A stretch of 32,665 nt of DNA from an uncultured Candidatus Saccharibacteria bacterium (GTDB taxonomy: Bacteria; Patescibacteriota; Saccharimonadia; Saccharimonadales; Saccharimonadaceae). Made by a program: the position numbers and the translations under genes. Below the pieces are notes generated by a model. It was given only the letters and a program-made list of their open reading frames with translations, had not been told where the DNA came from and searched no databases. This document shows positions 26,204-31,388 of the stretch, piece by piece (the stretch's first letter is position 1; each line of letters starts with the position of its first letter). Location: NCBI GenBank assembly GCA_964349645.1, contig CAYGHK010000001.1, positions 4,235-36,899 of the forward strand, given 5' to 3'.

Positions 26204-26662
26204 ATGAAAATATCAAACTTAAAAACAAAACTACAGATGTTTGCTGCGACAAATTTCGCAGTGCTAACTCTAGTTGTTGGTGGAGTACTAGGCCTGTCTG
26301 CAACAGCCTTGGCTGCTGAGCAAACCTGTACTATTGAGTCTGGTAACAGTACGGCAGTTAATGATCTTACTAACCCACTCAGTGATGGTAGCGCCTGTGC
26401 TAAGGGTAATGGTCAAGGAGATAACTTGAACGACATCTTCAAAACAGTGGCTAACATTCTACTCTTTGTAGTTGGTGCTGTTGCGGTTATCATGCTTATC
26501 ATTGGTGGTCTGCGCTACGTTACAAGTAATGGCGATCAGAACGCTGTAACAGGAGCAAAAAATACTATTATGTATGCCATCATTGGTATAGTAGTAGCCT
26601 TCCTGGCGTTTGCGGCTGTTAACTTCGTGACTTCACAGCTTGAAGCAGCGAATACAAACTAG
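26204..26662 (+). CDS. Pilin paralogue P8 (VirB2/TrbC-like)
   Basis: 152 aa with an AAGGAG RBS upstream. The signal peptide ends in ALAA and the variable region has 2 Cys. The module reads VVGAVAVIMLIIGGLRYVTSNGDQNAVTGAKNTIMYAIIGIVVAFLAFAAVNFVT and is nearly identical to P7. Confidence 0.75.
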   Translation: MKISNLKTKLQMFAATNFAVLTLVVGGVLGLSATALAAEQTCTIESGNSTAVNDLTNPLSDGSACAKGNGQGDNLNDIFKTVANILLFVVGAVAVIMLIIGGLRYVTSNGDQNAVTGAKNTIMYAIIGIVVAFLAFAAVNFVTSQLEAANTN

Positions 26663-26680
26663 TATATATTGATCAATTTT

Positions 26681-26704
26681 AAAACCCCGGATTGCCGGGG
26701 TTTT
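26681..26704. terminator. Bidirectional rho-independent terminator between the pilin operon and hsp20
   Basis: AAAACCCCGG-ATTG-CCGGGGTTTT forms a perfect 10-bp stem with a 6-bp GC core and a 4-nt loop. T-runs follow on both strands. It lies between convergent genes. Confidence 0.8.
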
Positions 26705-26723
26705 AAAATATGTACAAGTTTGT

Positions 26724-27191
26724 TTAGTTGATTTGGATCTTGCGAGCTTGCTCGGCTTTTACCTTAGTAAAGGTAATTGTTAGAACGCCATCTTTTAGAA
26801 CTGCTTCAACTTCATCTTCTTTTACTGCTACAGGTAGTGCAAGTGTTCGGCTGAACTCACCCCAATAGCACTCTTGTATGTGCCACTGAGTTGCTTCAGA
26901 ATCGTCGCCACTTGAAAGCGTACCACTGATAGTCAAGATACCATCTGAAATACTTACATCAAGGTCTTGCTTGTTAACGCCGGCTGTTCGGGCTTTAACA
27001 ACGAGCTTGTGCTCTGATTCGTAAACATCAACTGCTAGTTGGCCTGGTACAGCTGAGCTGTCTTCTTCCCAGGTTTCCTCAACAATCGTTGCAGATCCTT
27101 CAGTAGGTTGATCGTCCTCTTCATTTAAAAATGCGGCTGCTAATTCATCTTCGATCAGCAAGTCGTCATCGCTAGTAGTTTTTTTTGCCAT
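26724..27191 (-). CDS. Small heat-shock protein, Hsp20/alpha-crystallin family
   Basis: 155 aa. LAVDVYESEHKLVVKARTAGVNKQDLDVSISDGILTISG...FSRTLALPVAVKEDEVEAVLKDGVLTITFTK is a typical alpha-crystallin domain. A GGAGGAG RBS is present. Confidence 0.88.
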   Translation of the reverse strand: MAKKTTSDDDLLIEDELAAAFLNEEDDQPTEGSATIVEETWEEDSSAVPGQLAVDVYESEHKLVVKARTAGVNKQDLDVSISDGILTISGTLSSGDDSEATQWHIQECYWGEFSRTLALPVAVKEDEVEAVLKDGVLTITFTKVKAEQARKIQIN

Positions 27192-27301
27192 AGGTCTCCT
27201 CCACTTATTGTCGTTTTATAAACTCGCTTGACAATCCATGTCCTAGGAATGATTATAACTAATACATACTTAAAAATCCAGCGAAATAAGTAAAAATTAC
27301 A

Positions 27302-27964
27302 ATGTTTGATAGCTTGTTGCAAATTATTGCCCCACACCACTGTTATTCTTGCCAAAATATAGGGTCTATTTTGTGCAGCAGTTGTATATATAACATCGTA
27401 AATGAAAGCCAAAACGTATGTATAGAGTGCTTTAAGCCAAGTTCGCGAGGTATCTGTAGTGTATGTAACCCACCATTCTCGAAAGCCTGGTTTGTTAGCT
27501 TGCGTGAAGGAGAGTTGGCTACCGTAATAGACGATTTTAAATGGTCGCGTACATATGATGCTTATAAACCCCTGGCGCTGCTTTTAGACAAACATTTGCC
27601 AGTATTACCCACGAATACCGTTATAGCACCTATTCCAACTATATCGAAACACAAAAGAATACGAGGCTATGATCACATAGATATTGTATGTGCTGAATTT
27701 GCCAAACAAAGAAACCTTACGAAACGAAATTTATTAAAACGAAAAAATAACTTTGTTCAACACAAGGCAACTAAAAATGAACGAAAAATGCAGGCAGATA
27801 AAGCATTTGAATGTGACGAAGCGCTAGACCCCAACGTGCCGTATCTGATAATTGATGATATTGTCACAACCGGCTCAACAATCAAAGCAGCGACCCGGGT
27901 TCTCAAAGGGGCTGGTGCCAAAGAGGTGTGGGTCGCTGCTATTGCTCGGCAGCCACTCAACTAG
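27302..27964 (+). CDS. comFC: ComF-family protein (ComFC-like phosphoribosyltransferase with N-terminal zinc ribbons)
   Basis: 220 aa. Two CxxC pairs are present (CYSCQ...CSSC and CIEC...CSVC). The PRTase motif is YLIIDDIVTTGSTIKAATRVLKGAGAKEVWVAAIAR. Confidence 0.82.
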   Translation: MFDSLLQIIAPHHCYSCQNIGSILCSSCIYNIVNESQNVCIECFKPSSRGICSVCNPPFSKAWFVSLREGELATVIDDFKWSRTYDAYKPLALLLDKHLPVLPTNTVIAPIPTISKHKRIRGYDHIDIVCAEFAKQRNLTKRNLLKRKNNFVQHKATKNERKMQADKAFECDEALDPNVPYLIIDDIVTTGSTIKAATRVLKGAGAKEVWVAAIARQPLN

Positions 27965-27980
27965 TGAGTGAAAACCAAAT

Positions 27981-28520
27981 TTATTTTTTTATGTCGTAAG
28001 CTAGAGCTAGAAGCATTGGTCCTGTGATCAATGCGTACAGACCAAGGATCCATACAAATGCAACACCTGCTGATGCTGGTTGCATTAGCAGAGTAACTCC
28101 AACTATTACAGACAATATGCCTGTAATAACGAGGATAGTTTTGCTGGTTGCTGCGTCTTCTTCGAAAATAGCTGAAAATACATCAACTATACCGCGTGCA
28201 ATTAGGATTAATCCTACGATTAGCACGAATGCTGCGAAAGCGATGCCTGCGTGTCGTAGCAAGTACACACCTACACCTATTTCAGCAACGCTTAACAGTA
28301 CTGTTAACACGCGGGATAGAAAAGAAACTTTTCCGTTACCGATGTTAATTAGTCCCACCACGAGTCCCACCACACCACTTGCAAGCAAGAAGGCGCTAAC
28401 TAGATACACAAGTGTAACCAGTGTCAGAGCTGGCCAGAAAACAGCCGCCAGTCCGAACAGGATTGCTACAATCCCACGTAGAGCTAGAACGCCCCACAAA
28501 TCTTTTGATATTTGACTCAT
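27981..28520 (-). CDS. DUF308/HdeD-like integral membrane protein
   Basis: 179 aa with six hydrophobic helices. The N-terminus LALRGIVAILFGLAAVFWPALTLVTLVYLVSAFLLASGV fits the HdeD/DUF308 repeat. Confidence 0.7.
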   Translation of the reverse strand: MSQISKDLWGVLALRGIVAILFGLAAVFWPALTLVTLVYLVSAFLLASGVVGLVVGLINIGNGKVSFLSRVLTVLLSVAEIGVGVYLLRHAGIAFAAFVLIVGLILIARGIVDVFSAIFEEDAATSKTILVITGILSVIVGVTLLMQPASAGVAFVWILGLYALITGPMLLALAYDIKK

Positions 28521-28684
28521 TTGATACCCTCCTATTATTTAGTATCTGACTTATATATACGCTTTTTTAAGGTTGTTGTCAATTTGTATCAGTATAGTAG
28601 AGTGAGTTTGTCAAAATAAAAGTATAGTAAACCCTTGTTATATTTTGTTACTAAGCCTTAATTTTTTTGTTTGTTCAATAAACT

Positions 28685-29278
28685 TTAGGCAGATAAACCA
28701 AATTTGTTGGAAATTCTAGTACCTTCTGCTTTTACAAACGTTGCTTCTTCAGATTCTGCCTTCTTTTTCCCCTGATCAGTCTTATCTTTTGCCTGTTTTC
28801 TAGCTTTTTTCATGATTTCTTTTGATTCTTGATCTACGCCATCAGTAATCTCTTTGGTTGTTCTCTCACTATCAGTTACGACTTTGACGCATTCTACAGC
28901 TATATCGTTAATATCTCCCACAACCCTATCTACCGTAGCTTTGCAACAACCTGCTCCAAGCGAACAAACAACTTCAATTTTTGCTCGTGGCGCATAAGTT
29001 GTGGTAGTAACTTCTTCTGAATCCATATGACCTGGGTACATGGAAAACATTTCTTGTTGAGTTTTTGTTTTTTTCTTAATGTCTTTTTTGAGATTAACAC
29101 CGAGATCACACTGGTCATTTTCACACCCATTGCGAGCCTTGATGGCAAGCTCATCAAGCACGTGCCTTAAAGATAGTCCCAGAGTACCAGTAATAGCCTC
29201 TTCTTTCGGCGTAGATTTGCCTTCATCTGGTTTTTCGGGAGCTTCATCTCCCAAAAATATAACTTCTTTTTTGCTCAT
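28685..29278 (-). CDS. Hypothetical Lys/Glu-rich protein with scattered Cys
   Basis: 197-aa ORF with no TM helix and no motif I recognise. No obvious Shine-Dalgarno sequence precedes the ATG at 29278. Confidence 0.5.
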   Translation of the reverse strand: MSKKEVIFLGDEAPEKPDEGKSTPKEEAITGTLGLSLRHVLDELAIKARNGCENDQCDLGVNLKKDIKKKTKTQQEMFSMYPGHMDSEEVTTTTYAPRAKIEVVCSLGAGCCKATVDRVVGDINDIAVECVKVVTDSERTTKEITDGVDQESKEIMKKARKQAKDKTDQGKKKAESEEATFVKAEGTRISNKFGLSA

Positions 29279-29406
29279 ACAACAATTATATATTCAGGTA
29301 AGTTTTATCACAAGCTTAAACACAATCGCCAAGTCCGACAAGATATCGCTTCGCTCCTCCACTTGAAAGTGCTCGGAATACATTACTGTGCTCTTTCTCG
29401 CTACGC

Positions 29407-29547
29407 CGAACTCGCGACTATTGTTGGCTAAAGCCACCAAGTCGCAAGTGTAAACTATCAAGAATACCACGCAAAAACCTCAGCCAAAGCTGAGCTCCTT
29501 GTGATCGAACTTGCGACTATTGCTGGCTTACGCCATCAAGTCGCAAA
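29407..29547 (-). repeat. Two imperfect 42-nt direct repeats (29407-29448 and 29506-29547; 36/42 identical; 99-nt period), each a nested hairpin
   Basis: The minus-strand copies are TTGCGACTTGATGGCGTAAGCCAGCAATAGTCGCAAGTTCG and TTGCGACTTGGTGGCTTTAGCCAACAATAGTCGCGAGTTCG. The outer stem is TTGCGACT/AGTCGCAA and the inner stem is TGGC-loop-GCCA. One copy shares the 13-nt string GTCGCAAGTTCGA with the T-arm of the adjacent tRNA-Arg. Confidence 0.7.
29473..29497 (-). terminator. Terminator-like hairpin between the two 42-nt repeats
   Basis: The minus strand reads CTCAGC-TTTG-GCTGAG followed by GTTTTTGC. Confidence 0.45.
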
Positions 29548-29571
29548 ACCGAATTGTTGGATAGACCAAGC

Positions 29572-29594
29572 AAAAAGCCGGTTTAAAAACCGAC
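29572..29594 (-). terminator. Rho-independent terminator downstream of tRNA-Arg
   Basis: The minus strand reads GTCGGTT-TTTA-AACCGGC (7 bp including one G-U pair) followed by TTTTT. It begins 9 nt after the tRNA 3' end. Confidence 0.6.
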
Positions 29595-29602
29595 TCTCTG
29601 CT

Positions 29603-29679
29603 TGGTACGCCCGGCAAGATTCGAACTTGCGACACCTGGTTCCGAAGACCAGTGCTCTAATCCACTGAGCTACGGGCGC
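29603..29679 (-). tRNA. tRNA-Arg (anticodon UCG) with encoded CCA
   Basis: The minus-strand sequence is GCGCCCGTAGCTCAGTGGATTAGAGCACTGGTCTTCGGAACCAGGTGTCGCAAGTTCGAATCTTGCCGGGCGTACCA. It folds by hand into a cloverleaf. Acceptor stem 7 bp (G1-U72 wobble); D stem GCTC/GAGC. Anticodon stem CTGGT/ACCAG with loop CTTCGGA; T stem GCAAG/CTTGC with loop TTCGAAT. Confidence 0.9.
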
Positions 29680-29759
29680 GCGTGCCGTGGCATATTGCCA
29701 CGACTAAAAATAAAGGTGCATTCTCGTAAAGAGAACAAAGCCGATTTTAACAGATACCG

Positions 29760-29922
29760 GTAGATAGCGCAAAACAAATTCCTGACTTTTGAAATGATCT
29801 CTTTGGCTATTATCATTAATTTCTCTATCAATGTATCTAGAGATATATTTCAATCGAAATTAACAATAATATCTCAAAGACCTCTATCTCAGAAAGCCTA
29901 GGATTTGTTTTGCGCTATCTAC
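29760..29922. repeat. 163-bp element bounded by inverted repeats (20 bp perfect, 23/24 with one indel) around an AT-rich core; MITE-like or a long hairpin
   Basis: The left arm is GTAGATAGCGCAAAACAAATTCCT (29760-29783). The right arm is AGGATTTGTTTTGCGCTATCTAC (29900-29922). The right arm ends 1 nt before the stop codon of the 29924-30496 gene. Confidence 0.7.
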
Positions 29923-29923
29923 T

Positions 29924-30496
29924 CTAAAGCCGTAAACGACGAAGTAAATTATCCATCGCGTCAAGATGCAAATCTTCCATAGGGAGGTAAGCGCCAAGGA
30001 TATCGACGATTTTTTCGCCTTCATTTTCAGTGAAATATATTGTTAGTGCCTGGCCGAATCTTTTAGTCGGCATCAGCATAACTGAGAAAAGTGCTCCTTC
30101 CTCCAATATTCCAAATGAACGAAATTCATCAAAACTATGGAATTGTTCGCCTATGTGAAGCCCGTTGAAGCTGAGGCTGTAGCGTAGCACGCGGGTCGGA
30201 CGACGAATATAGACCATCAAGGCTATCGCCATGATCACAATTAATGCTGTGAATGTCCATTGCTGCTGCCATATAGACACACCAAGCAAAACGACAACTA
30301 CACTTATAAAACCTATAAACCATGCTCCGTCACGTTGGTGATCGATACTTTCAGACGCCTCCCAGCTTATAGACTCTGCCGGAACTTCGTCTGCGGGCTG
30401 TTGTTGTGGTGTTTGGGGTGCATTTTCAACCGGAGTCTCTCCGTTTGTAGTCCCCTCCTGAGGTTGCCAATAATTTTGCCCATCGTTTGGCTGCAT
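29924..30496 (-). CDS. Hypothetical membrane protein: two TM helices followed by a small soluble domain, possibly bacterial PH-like
   Basis: 190 aa with a Pro/Gln-rich N-terminus. The TM hairpin is WFIGFISVVVVLLGVSIW / FTALIVIMAIALMVYI. The topology resembles YdbS/YdbT-type proteins. This assignment is weak. Confidence 0.55.
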   Translation of the reverse strand: MQPNDGQNYWQPQEGTTNGETPVENAPQTPQQQPADEVPAESISWEASESIDHQRDGAWFIGFISVVVVLLGVSIWQQQWTFTALIVIMAIALMVYIRRPTRVLRYSLSFNGLHIGEQFHSFDEFRSFGILEEGALFSVMLMPTKRFGQALTIYFTENEGEKIVDILGAYLPMEDLHLDAMDNLLRRLRL

Positions 30497-30577
30497 AGTT
30501 TAATTATATCACTTAAAGTACTTGGAGTAATTCGTCCTTTTGGACTCATCAGCATAAATACACATTTATGGTTACTC

Positions 30578-30701
30578 CCGAAGGTTGTTATCTGGAGCTA
30601 GGCTCTACAAATAACAACCTTCCGGCGGAGACGAATCTCCACCGACCTGTTCCCAGGTTTTTGTTTGAATGGTAGGCTTCAAACTGCCTTTCCTACTTTT
30701 T
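30578..30701. other. Cluster of four consecutive hairpins in the intergenic region at the GC-content boundary; two are plus-strand terminator-like
   Basis: H1 is CCGAAGGTTGTTAT...ATAACAACCTTCCGG (30578-30625), with a 12-bp perfect core. H2 is GGAGA-CGAA-TCTCC (30627-30640). H3 is ACCTG-TTCC-CAGGT followed by TTTTTGTTT (30645-30668). H4 is GTAGG...CCTAC followed by TTTTT (30672-30701). Confidence 0.5.
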
Positions 30702-30711
30702 CAGCAACAGA

Positions 30712-31365
30712 TCAGTTCTTTGTTTCTGCGAACGGATCAGTGTTATCGATCTTGCCGGTGTCGCGGCCGCTCTGTGCGTCCTCGACAACAACCAAGGTGC
30801 GCATCTGCTTGAGTGCGGCCTTGCCAGTGACCGACTTGCTGGCCACTGTGATCTCGAGGTCCTCGTTGGGGTATTTCTTACCCCCAAAGGTACGAACCTT
30901 GAACGATCCAGTTCTCCACTGGTTGAACTGAGTGACGCCACGCTGCAGAATGGCCTGAGAGTCGCGGAAGTCTGTTCGACATCCATTGATGATGATCATC
31001 ACGTCCTGAAAGGACTTCGACAGCCCGGACGTATCCGGGTAGGCTTCCGTAATAGCGCTGAACAATGAGCCTCCACCTGGCTGAGCACTGGTGTTTCCAG
31101 TGTACCGACCCTTGACGGCGTCGGTAATCACCTTGTCCAGCGCATCGGTCTGTGCTTTGGTAGCGCCGACCGACTGCTTGGTTTTCACCAGGCAGTCCGA
31201 CAGGATGTTGGTCGTGTCGTTGTAGTAGGTGATCAGATCCTGCTGCTTCTTGTTGCCGTCGTTTGTGACGCTGTTGCTGATCACAAAGTAGAGCAGGCCA
31301 AGGAGCAGTACAGCTCCAATCGCGCCGAACCACTTGAACTTCTTGATTGCTTCAAGAGCTGTCAT
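30712..31365 (-). CDS. LemA-family-like membrane-anchored protein
   Basis: 217 aa with the N-terminal TM helix WFGAIGAVLLLGLLYFVI. LFSAITEAYPDTSGLSKSFQDVM and GVTQFNQWRTGSFKVRTFGG resemble the LemA motifs (AEAYPDLKA...; YN..I..FP......FG). The GC-rich coding sequence carries overlapping spurious ORFs. Confidence 0.6.
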   Translation of the reverse strand: MTALEAIKKFKWFGAIGAVLLLGLLYFVISNSVTNDGNKKQQDLITYYNDTTNILSDCLVKTKQSVGATKAQTDALDKVITDAVKGRYTGNTSAQPGGGSLFSAITEAYPDTSGLSKSFQDVMIIINGCRTDFRDSQAILQRGVTQFNQWRTGSFKVRTFGGKKYPNEDLEITVASKSVTGKAALKQMRTLVVVEDAQSGRDTGKIDNTDPFAETKN

Positions 31366-31388
31366 GTACTTCTCTCTTTCGAGTTGAT

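Noticed and set aside
22942-26662. Type IV pilus (T4P) pilins rather than T4SS pilins
   Set aside because: None has the class III prepilin leader (G followed by F/M-T-L-x-E). Instead they have classical signal peptides plus a C-terminal two-helix hairpin. No PilB/PilC/PilD genes are nearby.
7202-26662. Calling the locus an integrative conjugative element or plasmid remnant
   Set aside because: The window contains no integrase, relaxase, coupling protein, partition or replication genes and no flanking direct repeats. The nearest tRNA is 3 kb beyond the locus, past unrelated genes.
22942-26662. Diversity-generating retroelement targeting the variable pilin heads
   Set aside because: There is no reverse transcriptase gene in the window, and no template/variable repeat pair with adenine-specific differences.
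27302-27964. comFC as part of the T4SS-like system (DNA uptake link)
   Set aside because: A strong bidirectional terminator and an oppositely oriented hsp20 gene separate it from the locus. ComFC normally works with the ComEC/type IV pilus-like competence apparatus. The proximity may be coincidental.
28024-28515. 163-aa plus-strand ORF
   Set aside because: It is fully antisense to the DUF308/HdeD-like gene, whose six-helix hydrophobic pattern is far more protein-like.
29407-29547. Possible miniature CRISPR array
   Set aside because: There are only two copies, they are imperfect (36/42), the period is 99 nt, a terminator-like hairpin sits between them, and there are no cas genes.
29400-29570. 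Additional tRNA genes or pseudogenes suggested by GTCGCAAGTTCGA strings
   Set aside because: I could not build a cloverleaf. The sequence after TTCGA does not pair back to form a T stem, and there is no acceptor stem.
30665-31333. Overlapping ORFs of 88 aa (+), 97 aa (-) and 151 aa (-)
   Set aside because: All overlap the LemA-like gene in other frames and are Arg/Ala/Ser-rich. This is the usual artefact of GC-rich coding DNA.
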